Positions 16,501 to 25,900 of a stretch of DNA of 64,000 nt are shown in pieces. The notes under the pieces are model-generated. The model was not told the DNA's origin, did not search any database, and saw only the letters and a program-made list of their open reading frames with translations. The stretch lies in the IMG/VR virus record IMGVR_UViG_3300028888_000003. The stretch is one strand, 5' to 3'. A program made the position numbers and the translations under genes. How positions within the stretch are numbered: the first letter of the stretch is position 1; each line of letters begins with the position of its first letter. The stretch comes from a virus (taxonomy: Duplodnaviria; Heunggongvirae; Uroviricota; Caudoviricetes).

Positions 16501-16688
16501 GGCAGCAACCTAAAACTGCATTAAACGCCATCAATTCCCTTTAAACACCTTAACCCTCGAACGCTACTACCTCTGATAGTTCCAAAATTGACAGAGCCTT
16601 TCCACTCCTACCCAAGACCATTCAGTCGGCGAAACTGACCGTATGGCTCACGACGTTTTTCCCCTTTACGTTATAGTATATACTTATA

Positions 16689-16712
16689 AGTATTACTTAT
16701 ATGTATAATGTA
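16689..16712. repeat. TATACTTATAAGTATTACTTATAT direct repeat (copy 1; copy 2 at 16889-16912; palindromic core TACTTATAAGTA also at 17158)
   Basis: exact 24-bp duplication in gene-free region. Confidence 0.6.
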
Positions 16713-17295
16713 AACGTCTCCGACTCGAAATTCGGGGAGTAAGCCCCGTTTCGAATTAGTATGCTCACTACGTTCGCTTACGTTTATATATATGTATATG
16801 TAGATGTTGTTGTGATACGTTGGACTGCGCGACCACCATCGCCAGAAGTCATAACGGTTAGCTGCGCTGCCCCGTTACGTATATTTTATACTTATAAGTA
16901 TTACTTATATATTATACTTATACGTAATGGACGTATACGGCGCTTTCGGCTATCGCCGAAATCGCGGAGCGGAGCGCCCCGCTCGCTGCGTTCGCTGGAG
17001 AATTTAGACAAAAAAATGGAGCGCTTGAGCGCTCGCATTTTTCTGCAAAATTCACACAGCTCTTCTGCTTTTGGTTGTTAAGTTAGGAAGTGTTACGCTG
17101 TATCTTTACGTATATATTTTATTTATATATAATACGTATATATAATACGTATACGTAATACTTATAAGTTTTCCTTTTTGTATAAATGTGAACTTTTCTA
17201 AAAGGTTCGTATAGATTTTTCCGTCAAAATGGTAAAAATTTTTGGAATTTCTTTTACTTTGTTCTGCGCGACCATGATGGTTGATGGTGATTTAC

Positions 17296-17330
17296 CTAAA
17301 AATATAGGACAGAGTATAACTCTGTCCCGT
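17296..17330. terminator. bidirectional terminator at end of minus-strand late block
   Basis: GGACAGAGTATAACTCTGTCCCGTCTTTT. Confidence 0.6.
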
Positions 17331-17333
17331 CTT

Positions 17334-17567
17334 TTAGAAGTTATTTTCACGCTTTTCTACGACCTCGCGCAGAAGTGATTCCGGCAACTCAATAGGTCCA
17401 TCAACCCAAGCTTCAAGTTCAACACGACCTATTGCCTTTTCACCATAGTATTCACTCAACTGTTCCATAGCATCTCCAAAGCGCTCTGCATAAAGAAAAC
17501 CTGTTTTCACGTGTTGTGCATAATCAACTTCATCATAGTATTCAACTTTATAAGTAAAAGGATACAT
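17334..17567 (-). CDS. hypothetical acidic protein
   Basis: 77 aa, RBS AAGGAGGAATAAGATG. Confidence 0.55.
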   Translation of the reverse strand: MYPFTYKVEYYDEVDYAQHVKTGFLYAERFGDAMEQLSEYYGEKAIGRVELEAWVDGPIELPESLLREVVEKRENNF

Positions 17568-17578
17568 CTTATTCCTCC

Positions 17579-17902
17579 TTAATTATCTACTTCTATAAGT
17601 TCACTATCATACACATCTGTATCATAAATTTCCCAATCAGGGGCTTCAGCATAAATCATATCTCCAACCCAGTCTATAATTATATCAGTGAGACGATAGG
17701 CTTCACCAGTTTCCTTATCATAAATCATACTATCTTCCCAATCTGAAGCATATTGAAGAATATTGGCTATTGTATCATCAGACAAATCTTTAATATCTGA
17801 GTCTACAAAATTTTCTTCAAGGTATTTTCTCAGTTCATTTGTATCAATATTGTGAGTACGATAAGCAGCATATCTACCCCATTCTCTATAAGTAAGTTTC
17901 AT
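17579..17902 (-). CDS. hypothetical acidic protein
   Basis: 107 aa, RBS AGAGGAGAAATAATATG. Confidence 0.55.
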   Translation of the reverse strand: MKLTYREWGRYAAYRTHNIDTNELRKYLEENFVDSDIKDLSDDTIANILQYASDWEDSMIYDKETGEAYRLTDIIIDWVGDMIYAEAPDWEIYDTDVYDSELIEVDN

Positions 17903-17903
17903 A

Positions 17904-18689
17904 TTATTTCTCCTCTTCTTTTCTTGTATATAATATTTTTCTATGAGTATCTAACTGAACTACAATTCCAAAGTCTTTTCTTATTTGACGAATTTGATAA
18001 GGGATGCGGAAAGTACAATTATAATCTTCATCATATGCTTGATGGAAAATATGAAAAGCTATTCCCTCCCAATCCCACAGATAGCGTTCCTCTTTTTCTC
18101 TTTGCCAATTTTCGTAATAATTATATTTTAAAAGAAACTCTAATATCCAATTAGATTCATCTTCTCTATTTTCTTTACAGTAATCCATAAAATCCTTATA
18201 ACGAGAGTACCAAGGACTTAACCTAATTTGTTCTTCAACTCCAAACATCTTATCTTCTAAACCCACACAATATTCGGCACTCATATCACGAATGGCAATC
18301 TGTTTAAAGCCAATAGTAGCGACCTCTTTAAAAATTTTTGATGTATGGTACCTGCCACAATAACTTAACAGTTCATGTATTACAGAAGAGAATACAATTA
18401 CAGTCTTATCATAATCAATATTAAGAGGGTAAAGACCAGCAAGCATATCAACTACTGTAAAACCTTTTTCTGCTCCAAGCTCGCGCATACGAGGGTCATT
18501 ATCAATTCCTATATATCTAAACTGATTAGGATAGTAATATTCTAATGCTCTACCAAGAGCACAGTCGGCGCAACCGAAATCTATTATTGTGTTGATTTCA
18601 GGAAGAAGATTGTCAACAAACCAAAGTTTATCTTTAATACCGGCTTCCATTCGTTCATTATATACTTTATAGTTTTCAATTATAGGCAT
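17904..18689 (-). CDS. SAM-dependent methyltransferase
   Basis: motif I IIDFGCADCALG, motif II IGIDND; RBS AAGAAAGGAAG. Confidence 0.65.
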   Translation of the reverse strand: MPIIENYKVYNERMEAGIKDKLWFVDNLLPEINTIIDFGCADCALGRALEYYYPNQFRYIGIDNDPRMRELGAEKGFTVVDMLAGLYPLNIDYDKTVIVFSSVIHELLSYCGRYHTSKIFKEVATIGFKQIAIRDMSAEYCVGLEDKMFGVEEQIRLSPWYSRYKDFMDYCKENREDESNWILEFLLKYNYYENWQREKEERYLWDWEGIAFHIFHQAYDEDYNCTFRIPYQIRQIRKDFGIVVQLDTHRKILYTRKEEEK

Positions 18690-18722
18690 ATATTTTTACT
18701 TCCTTTCTTATCTTCTATAATT

Positions 18723-18751
18723 ATTATATCAAAATTTTCTAAAAAATTCAA
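18723..18751 (-). promoter_or_regulatory. class-B late promoter
   Basis: rc CTTGAATTTTTTAGAAAATTTTGATATAATAATTATAG. Confidence 0.6.
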
Positions 18752-19012
18752 GTTTTATTAGTTACCGAATTTACTACTGCGCGACCACCAAAGAAAAAGG
18801 TCATCAGACTATTATCTGATGACCACTAATTGGCTTCCACCTCTTTAACTCAGCCCCGTTGAAACTATTTTATCTGAGTGTTCTGTGCACACGGGGGCAC
18901 ATTTTATAGCCCATGCTTTTACGGCTTCGTATTGCCTAATTACGATAGGTTTCTCTTCCCAAAGGCGTCGACTCCTTACGAGGGAAGTAATCCTTGCCAA
19001 TTGTATTCAATT

Positions 19013-19261
19013 TTATTTCCTATCAAGCACTTTCTTAATAGCAACAAGTGCTCTGCCAGTTACATAGATTGCGGCGATTGAAAGGACAACCTCAAATATA
19101 CCAAGAAGGAAATGTCCTACTCCACCCCAAGCTGAAGCACAGGCTCCAACTGCAATAAAGTGTTTAATACCGTTAATTGCGTTTGTTAAATATGCCCAAC
19201 CAAATAGGGCAGTTATAAGTCCAAAGCCAAAATCCTTTAATGTGAGCAACAGTTTCTTCAT
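19013..19261 (-). CDS. small membrane protein (2-3 TM)
   Basis: 82 aa hydrophobic. Confidence 0.5.
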   Translation of the reverse strand: MKKLLLTLKDFGFGLITALFGWAYLTNAINGIKHFIAVGACASAWGGVGHFLLGIFEVVLSIAAIYVTGRALVAIKKVLDRK

Positions 19262-19277
19262 TTTAATCTCCTTTCAA

Positions 19278-19757
19278 TTAAACAATATCATTTACTGTAG
19301 GACTTCCAATTTCAAGACCAAAATAAATATAGTTATCAGCATCATAACCTTTATCTTTTTCATATTCACTATATTTTATTTCGTCTATAATATCATCAAG
19401 AAAAACAAGATAACTATGAGCGTGTTCCCACTCTTCAAGGTCTTCACGAATCTCTTTAATATAAGATTCATACTCATCAATCATTTCAAGTCTCTCTGAA
19501 AGAGAAGCTTCCATTTTCTTGATTTCCTCAATTCTTTTTTCATACTTTGCAATAGTCTGATTATCATAGTCTTTCATTTCTACTATACCATCTATTACAT
19601 TACTAATATCTTTTTTAGTAAGGGGTGAAATTTTTTCCCAAGGCACAGAGAAATGATTTTCACTAAAGGCTCTTGCTATTGCACTATTTCGACTATAAGT
19701 TCCAATAGGTATAAAATCTTCGCCTCTACGAATAAAAAATGAAGTATAGCAACTCAT
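19278..19757 (-). CDS. hypothetical protein with coiled-coil segment
   Basis: 159 aa; RBS AAAGAAAGGGGAATTATAATG. Confidence 0.55.
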   Translation of the reverse strand: MSCYTSFFIRRGEDFIPIGTYSRNSAIARAFSENHFSVPWEKISPLTKKDISNVIDGIVEMKDYDNQTIAKYEKRIEEIKKMEASLSERLEMIDEYESYIKEIREDLEEWEHAHSYLVFLDDIIDEIKYSEYEKDKGYDADNYIYFGLEIGSPTVNDIV

Positions 19758-19801
19758 TATAATTCCCCTTTCTTTTATCTCTTTCTTTATCTTACATATA
19801 T

Positions 19802-19830
19802 ATTATATCAAAATTTTCTGAAAAAATCAA
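19802..19830 (-). promoter_or_regulatory. class-B late promoter
   Basis: rc TTGATTTTTTCAGAAAATTTTGATATAATATATATG. Confidence 0.6.
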
Positions 19831-20240
19831 ATTTTATAATACTATGTAATATGGTTTTTCGTACTTCCGCAGATTTCCATACCTTGTCTTTATCGTTTCG
19901 GCATATGCCATACTGCCGCACGCACCACAAACACTTCTGCTCTAAGGCGGTTTTCTCCTGACTACCGCAAACCATCTTAGGGACTTTATTTTACCTTGTC
20001 GCCCTAAGCTTCAAGGGTACCTCGCCGTATGGCTGGCTAATTTGCTGCCTGCTTTTCAGGTGGCTTTTACCATATTAAAAATATAGTTCAGCAGGAGTCT
20101 TACCACCAAGGCTTACAGACTTCCGAGGGTGTAAAACCATAAAGGTTGCCCGAAGGACTAAAACTGACCTCATTCGTTTGAATAAATAAATTTTAGCATT
20201 ACCCATCTCACGCCACGTGGAGGCAACTTACTTGTGAGAC

Positions 20241-21119
20241 TCTAGGTGGAGAGATTTGAACTCCCGACCCTCTGGTCCAGAAAACAATGTTATACTTTAT
20301 CCCATTCTTCATTTGAATATTTTTTTATATCTGATTTTTTTCTTGGTAAACTATAAGCATCACACCATTTACGAATAGCAGCATCACTCACACTATATAA
20401 TTTACCAATTTCTGTAAAAGGCTTTTGTCTAATTAATTCTTTAAGTTGACTTCTTGAAGGTCTATCAGCAACTTTTCTTTGAAATATGTTGTGACAACTT
20501 ACACATCTTGCGCCTTCTTTATAAACCGGAGCACCACAATCAATACATTGATGAGAAGCTAAAGTACCCAATTTCTTAATTTTTATGGGTAGTTGTTCTT
20601 CAAAATCTGACTCTTGGTATTGAGATAAATGTCCTAAAATTTTTTCAACCAAATAATCTTCTGCCATATTTACATTAGGTGGAGTTTTATTTGTTTTAGG
20701 AGTAATTCGTAAACTTTTTGTAGTACTACATTCTTCAACTGGAATTAAATAAACATTATCTTCCCAACAAGTTGCAAAATAATCAATATCATTTGAAGTG
20801 TAATAATGTCGAGTAGTTTTCTGAGTATTTGTTGTAGAACTACAACAAGAAAACGTAATGGAGTTTCTATCATCGGCCCAATGTGACTTTTTACATTGAA
20901 TACGCAAAATTTCTTTACTCGTATCAACTAAAATATCATATTTAGCTTGATTTCCATATGGAACTGAGCATTCAAATCCCATAGTCATAAACTTCATAAT
21001 ACATTGCAGTTCTACAAGATTACCTTGTATCTGAGTTTTTTCCATTTTTCCTCCTCAGAAAAGGAAAAGTATAATTTGCTTTCCAAACCAGATGCTCTAC
21101 CAAACTGAGCCACACCTAG
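20241..21119 (-). tRNA. tRNA-Pro(UGG) interrupted in anticodon loop by ~805-bp intervening sequence (5' exon 21081-21119, 3' exon 20241-20276)
   Basis: exon1 CTAGGTGTGGCTCAGTTTGGTAGAGCATCTGGTTTGGAA + exon2 CCAGAGGGTCGGGAGTTCAAATCTCTCCACCTAGA fold into perfect cloverleaf (C1-G72 acceptor, anticodon TGG). Confidence 0.7.
20290..21045 (-). CDS. endonuclease-like protein (putative homing endonuclease) inside tRNA-Pro intervening sequence
   Basis: 251 aa; PD-(D/E)XK-like YDILVDTSKEILRIQCKK, CxxC...CxxC zinc ribbon, C-terminal HTH-like; RBS GAGGAGGAAAAATG. Confidence 0.55.
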   Translation of the reverse strand: MEKTQIQGNLVELQCIMKFMTMGFECSVPYGNQAKYDILVDTSKEILRIQCKKSHWADDRNSITFSCCSSTTNTQKTTRHYYTSNDIDYFATCWEDNVYLIPVEECSTTKSLRITPKTNKTPPNVNMAEDYLVEKILGHLSQYQESDFEEQLPIKIKKLGTLASHQCIDCGAPVYKEGARCVSCHNIFQRKVADRPSRSQLKELIRQKPFTEIGKLYSVSDAAIRKWCDAYSLPRKKSDIKKYSNEEWDKV

Positions 21120-21169
21120 ATAAATTGCGGCCGGCGATATTGGACTCATCCTCACGCCGTTAAGCCGCT

Positions 21170-21245
21170 TGGCAGAGGATACCCGACTCGAACGGATACT
21201 GTAACAGTCAAAGTGTTATGTGCTTACCAATTACACCAATCCTCT
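21170..21245 (-). tRNA. tRNA-Gln(UUG)
   Basis: AGAGGATTGGTGTAATTGGTAAGCACATAACACTTTGACTGTTACAGTATCCGTTCGAGTCGGGTATCCTCTGCCA; CCA encoded. Confidence 0.75.
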
Positions 21246-21448
21246 ATACTCGTGCGAGCGACCACCTAAAAGTTTGGACTCTCACCGTGTCTTTCGTTTT
21301 ATCTCGCATTATGGGCAGAATTTGAACCATTAACCCTGGGTCGAAGCAGTTTTATAACGACGCGTACTAAAACTTTTCTCATAAAAATACGCTACGGGAG
21401 GAATTACCGTTATTATACCGCTATTCTTAAACAGGTTTACGGCACCTC

Positions 21449-21522
21449 TGGCACCGGCTAAAGGAATTGCACCCCTATCTTCGCTTTTGGAGAGCGCTGT
21501 TCTACTGTTGAACTAAGCCGAT
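21449..21522 (-). tRNA. tRNA-Trp(CCA)
   Basis: acceptor ATCGGCT/AGCCGGT, anticodon loop CTCCAAA, CCA encoded; T-stem has two G.U pairs. Confidence 0.55.
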
Positions 21523-21634
21523 ATAAGTGGTATGGCTTTTTCAAACACGGTCCGCATTGTTAAGAGGCGCTGCTTGCTTGTCGTACCATACCGAGACACC
21601 TTACTGTATCTACGACCCACTCGCGCGAAGTGGA

Positions 21635-21708
21635 ACTTGGAGCGAGTAATGGGGATTGAACCCACGCCCTCAGTGTGGAAGACTGAAATACTACCATTAT
21701 ACTATACT
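21635..21708 (-). tRNA. tRNA-Gly(UCC)
   Basis: GCGAGTA...TCAGT CTTCCAC ACTGA...GTGGGTTCAATCCCCAT TACTCGC T CCA. Confidence 0.7.
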
Positions 21709-21711
21709 CGC

Positions 21712-21783
21712 GTATGGCGCTCCGGGTAGGACTTGAACCTACAACCATCGGCTTAACAGGCCGCTCCGCCATTGAGCTACCGA
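21712..21783 (-). tRNA. tRNA-Asn(GUU)-like
   Basis: acceptor GCTTCGG/CCGGAGC, loop CTGTTAA, T-arm GTAGGTTCAAGTCCTAC; D/anticodon stem assignment ambiguous. Confidence 0.5.
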
Positions 21784-21857
21784 AGCAAATAAGGTGGGAG
21801 GAATTACCACTATTATCACGCTCGTTTCTGAATTTACAGCCTACGCTTCGCTACCTC

Positions 21858-21933
21858 TGGTGCAAGAGATAGGGATTGAACCTATGCGACCTGGATTTTC
21901 AGTCCAGTGCTCTACCATCTGAGCTACCCTTGC
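21858..21933 (-). tRNA. tRNA-Phe(GAA)
   Basis: GCAAGGGTAGCTCAGATGGTAGAGCACTGGACTGAAAATCCAGGTCGCATAGGTTCAATCCCTATCTCTTGCACCA. Confidence 0.8.
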
Positions 21934-21997
21934 ATTTAATTTAATTGCTATTAGTAAAAACAGGAAGAACCACGTGAAGGTTGCAATTATTCTTCCC

Positions 21998-22069
21998 TGA
22001 CGTCACGGAGAATCGAACTCCGGTTTTAAGAATGAAAATCTTAGGTCCTGACCGCTAGACGATGACGCC
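21998..22069 (-). tRNA. tRNA-Glu(UUC)
   Basis: GGCGTCATCGTCTAGCGGTCAGGACCTAAGATTTTCATTCTTAAAACCGGAGTTCGATTCTCCGTGACGTCA. Confidence 0.7.
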
Positions 22070-22554
22070 ATATTTCTGGAGTGCGGTGTTTTCTATGCAA
22101 CCAGATTATTCCGCACCAGTTAGGTGGTTTTTAGGAAATTTTTCCTTGTGACCGCCAAACACAAAGTTTGTTTAGAAGGCAGTTGCATCTTTGTCGCCTC
22201 GAAGCATAGTCGACTATCAGCGCTTCTATACAGATAAGTTTAACTGACATTCTGCTTGGTCAGCACTACCTATAATCGTCATTATTATTAGTGCTCTGTA
22301 TTTTATTTAACGACTTTGACAGTTCCCAGTCGGGTCCCAACATTTATATAGCGTGTAGTTCCGAATACCGCTTTTCTGAGGTTTAACGACCTTTTCAGAT
22401 ATTGGTCGGACTCAGTCATTTATATAGCGCCTACCAACTACGTCAGCGCTGCAAGTTTACTTTGCCTTCTTTTATAGCGTTTGCCACTTATGCCACATAT
22501 CACGACCGCGCCTCGTGCCGATGGTAGTTGAACTTGCAAATCCATGTTAACGCT

Positions 22555-22629
22555 TGGTTGCAGAGGTGGGAATCGAACCCACGTTGTCCAGTTTATGAGG
22601 CTGGACAGGTAACCAACAACCTCTCTGCC
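22555..22629 (-). tRNA. tRNA-Met/Ile2(CAU)-like
   Basis: T-arm GTGGGTTCGATTCCCAC, 3' CTCTGCA-A-CCA, anticodon loop CTCATAA; 5' acceptor/D-arm pairing imperfect. Confidence 0.45.
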
Positions 22630-22667
22630 ATATAATGGGCGTTTGTTAATTGGGTCGCCCAGCCCAC

Positions 22668-22745
22668 TGGTAGGAGTGGTGGGACTTGAACCCACACACC
22701 TGTGAAGATAACGGATTTTCTTACTACTCTATGTTACCATAGCCG
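22668..22745 (-). tRNA. tRNA-like element (3' T-arm/acceptor/CCA recognisable, 5' half unresolved)
   Basis: GTGGGTTCAAGTCCCAC CACTCCT A CCA; no matching 5' acceptor strand found nearby. Confidence 0.3.
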
Positions 22746-23097
22746 CATCTCTGCGTTGTAGTCTGGACTATGTCTTCACCTTGTATTCATACTCTCTACA
22801 CGCACCCTTTGAACCATCAACTTACAGTCGGCTGGTAGGTGTCGCCTCACCTCAACTCCACAAATTTCCTCAAGAGTATAAATATTTAGGTGGGTGGTAT
22901 ATAGTCTCTACACATTTATGAATATTTGGTAAACGCGCCGAGGTACTGCCCCTCTAATTTTGTATTACCTACTTATGTTTCAGAGCATATGTAAAACACT
23001 TTCAGAGACGTAAGTCTTCCATCTATACTGGACGCGCCATATATTCAATTTAGCTCGGCGTTGTCCCCATAAGGATATTCGCCGAATTAGCCACCAT

Positions 23098-23730
23098 TCA
23101 CTCAGCGCTTTCGCTATTCTGAGTGCTCTTTTTTAAATGCATTATATTATATCGTTCAATTAATTCATATGCTCTATCATAATTTTTCCCCGCTGGAGTT
23201 AAATCTAATAGAATTAATGCTTGTCTAATTGACCGACTTTCTTGTAATGCCTGTACAAAATCTTCTTCTGGAACGGTACAATTTTGATTTTTTCTTGCAA
23301 AAGTAGGAGTATATGAATGACAATTAGGACATAACAACTATAAATTAGATAAATCATTATTACTTCTATTACCATCAATATGATGAACTTCTAAATTAAT
23401 AGGTTGTCCCAACCATTCACTTAATCCACAGTGCTCGCATTTTCTACCACGTAAAGCAATTAAAGGTACTGCTGTACTTTTACCATTTTTCTTTTTTGTA
23501 CCATTAGTAAAAGTATCATAATTATAATTTTCTTTATTCCAACCCTATCCTTTAAAATGTGAAGTATCTAAATTTAATTCTTCATACATTTTCTTTAAAG
23601 AAGCCATTGTGCCACCGCCATCAATGGCATATCCCAATTTTCGGGCAACTTCACGATTAGAATAAGAATCTTTTACAATTTCTGATAATTCTTCCCTTGA
23701 AAAATTTCTCCATTTTGCCTTATTACTCAT
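23098..23730 (-). CDS. HNH endonuclease with two in-frame TAG codons (read as sense)
   Basis: one reading frame: ...TSHFKG-TAG-WNKENY...CEHCGL...EVHHIDGNRSNNDLSNL-TAG-LLCPNCHSY...; canonical HNH motif is NLQLLC, implying TAG=Gln. Confidence 0.7.
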
Positions 23731-23940
23731 AATTAAAACCTCCTTTAGTTTCTAATTATAAGTAACTTTATTAGGCATACACTACAAATTTTTAATGCGT
23801 CTGCCAAAGTCCGTTGCGTCTGCCTATTCCGCCACACTCCCATATGTATAAAAGGTTATTACTACTGTCTAACTACTTACAGGATTCCCTATTATCCAAG
23901 CCTTTTATAAAAGTAATTTCTTTTCTCATTTACTATAATA

Positions 23941-23969
23941 ATTATAGCACAATTTTATAAAAATTTCAA
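23941..23969 (-). promoter_or_regulatory. class-B late promoter
   Basis: rc TTGAAATTTTTATAAAATTGTGCTATAAT. Confidence 0.55.
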
Positions 23970-23975
23970 ATTTTA

Positions 23976-24290
23976 TTAAGGTCTATCTTCTTCAAGCCAA
24001 TTATATGTTTCTTCTATTTCTTCTTGAATATGGTTTATAAGACTCACGCCAAGACAATTTATCATATTATCTCGACCGAAATCAAACCAATCTTCAAATT
24101 CAAAAATATAAGCAATTTCCTTGAGAGAAATGGCGCCGCCGCAACAATTACAAATCACAACATCACCATAAGCAATACCAGTACCCCAATATACTTCTTT
24201 CGGTCCCCGTTCAAGAAGAGCTTCTTCTTCAATAAAAATTACTTGAGTAGGCTGTTCATAATATTCTTTCATTTTTAGTTCTCCTTTCAA
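23976..24290 (-). CDS. hypothetical protein
   Basis: 104 aa. Confidence 0.5.
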   Translation of the reverse strand: MKGELKMKEYYEQPTQVIFIEEEALLERGPKEVYWGTGIAYGDVVICNCCGGAISLKEIAYIFEFEDWFDFGRDNMINCLGVSLINHIQEEIEETYNWLEEDRP

Positions 24291-24646
24291 ATTGACAGTT
24301 CTCTAAGTTCACTCTCATCAAAATCATCAAATATAATAGTAGCCGGAGCATACTGAAATTTTCCATTAAAATAGTATTCTCTCCATATATCATCTCTATC
24401 TTCTCCATTACCTTCAACAGTAAAGACAATTGTGGGGAAAAGTTTGGAAAGCTCTATCATATCTTCAGTATGGTCGTACCATTTCATTACATCCTCTTCA
24501 ATCATATCTTCGATTGTGGAGTTTTCAGTATAGTAGAAATCGCTGTTAATTGCATGGAGTCCGCGTGCAAGATCATAAGAAAGCTTATCTCTATCTTCTC
24601 CTTCGGGAACTTTATAACTAATATTATATGCAGTATAATAACCCAT
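24287..24646 (-). CDS. hypothetical acidic protein
   Basis: 119 aa; RBS AAGAAAGGATAGATATATAAAATG. Confidence 0.5.
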   Translation of the reverse strand: MGYYTAYNISYKVPEGEDRDKLSYDLARGLHAINSDFYYTENSTIEDMIEEDVMKWYDHTEDMIELSKLFPTIVFTVEGNGEDRDDIWREYYFNGKFQYAPATIIFDDFDESELRELSI

Positions 24647-24701
24647 TTTATATATCTATCCTTTCTTTTTCTTTTTCTTTCTTTCTTTATCTTACATATA
24701 T

Positions 24702-24730
24702 ATTATATCAAAATTTTTAAAAAATTTCAA
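24702..24730 (-). promoter_or_regulatory. class-B late promoter
   Basis: rc TTGAAATTTTTTAAAAATTTTGATATAATATATATG. Confidence 0.6.
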
Positions 24731-24784
24731 GTTTTAGTAGAAAAAGAAAAGACAGCAGTTAAACTGCTGTCTAATTCTTTTTTA

Positions 24785-25900
24785 TCATTCAAAATCCCAA
24801 TTAAATAAATTTTTCAAGAAATTATTAAATCCACTCCAAAAATCAGCAAATTTACCCTATAAATATTCATGTAATGAATTTACTTTACTCAATAAAGTAT
24901 CATATTTTTCCTTAATAGGAAAAGCTAATTCTATTTTACCAGTAGTAATTGTACTTATTAAAGCATCTATATTGTCTGGAATATGATTATTATCATCATC
25001 ATTAAAATCAAAAATTTTATTCCATTTTTCCTAATCAAATAATGCACCAAATACACTACCTAAAATACCACCTATTCCTTTAAAGAAATTAACGATCATA
25101 TCCCAAAGTAACTATAATAAGGTTTTATGCTCAACTGCAGCAGCATTACCATCTCCGAGTTCATCTACATAAATTACAGGAATATTATCTCCCCAAAATT
25201 CCAATAATCCCGCTAATTCTTCTGTAGCTAGCCATTTTCCAATTTTTTTACTAAAATAAAATTCACCTACTTTATCTGGAAAATTGATAAGACCATAAAA
25301 TTCTTTAATAACAGCAAGCTCAGTATTTAATTCATCTTTAGAAACAGTATACCATTTAATACCATTACGTGGACGATATACTTCAATAAAATCTATTTTA
25401 TCATATAATTTTTTTAAATTTCTTTTTTTTACATCTCTGTATTTTTCATCTCCGTCTCGCGCGGTGCCTGGAATACATCTACATATTCTTGTTATTAAAA
25501 TATTTTTAGTATAAGTTGTAAAATCTATTGAACTATTTATTCCGAATCGCTCTTTGAATTCAGTAAGATTAGAAACTCCAAACCTATTTTCTAAAGTTTG
25601 CTAACTCATTGATCTTAATTCAGCTGGAGTTAATTCTTCATAATAAAACATATAAAAATTAACAATATGATTTGGAAATTTATGCATCATATTCTATGCT
25701 TTTATATAAGCATCACTTGAATGTGCAAAAAGTTCTGCATCATCCTATATATCTAAATCAGTATAGTATAATTCAAGTTTATTTTGAGTAATATCTGTAT
25801 TATTATTAGGAGTTTGGATAAAATCTGCACCTTTGACATGACTAATTGGATTACCTTTTTCATCTAAAGAAACATCTTTTCTATTAATAGGATCACTCAT
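24785..25900 (-). CDS. hypothetical protein (~371 aa) containing ~7 in-frame TAG codons
   Basis: RBS AAAGAGGTGATTAACTAATG; MSDPINRKDVSLDEKG...DLDI-TAG-DDAELF...IKA-TAG-NMMHKF...; ends TGA at 24785. Confidence 0.5.

Noticed and set aside
19850-20240. Possible tmRNA downstream of the T-arm at 20245-20270
   Set aside because: That T-arm and acceptor is fully accounted for as the 3' half of tRNA-Pro, whose 5' half lies at 21081-21119. No tag-peptide reading frame ending in ..AA-stop was found. The remaining 390 nt stay unassigned and could be another structured RNA.
20290-21045. Canonical self-splicing group I intron as explanation for the tRNA-Pro interruption
   Set aside because: Only ~41 nt of the 805-nt insertion lie outside the endonuclease ORF. 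The 5' exon does not end in U. A standard group I core cannot be placed without overlapping the ORF. It is retained only as one of several hypotheses.
21532-21772. ORF-track CDSs 21532-21729 (+) and 21560-21772 (-), and 22438-22695 (-)
   Set aside because: They overlap tRNA genes, have no RBS, and their apparent coding potential comes from GC-richer tRNA sequence.
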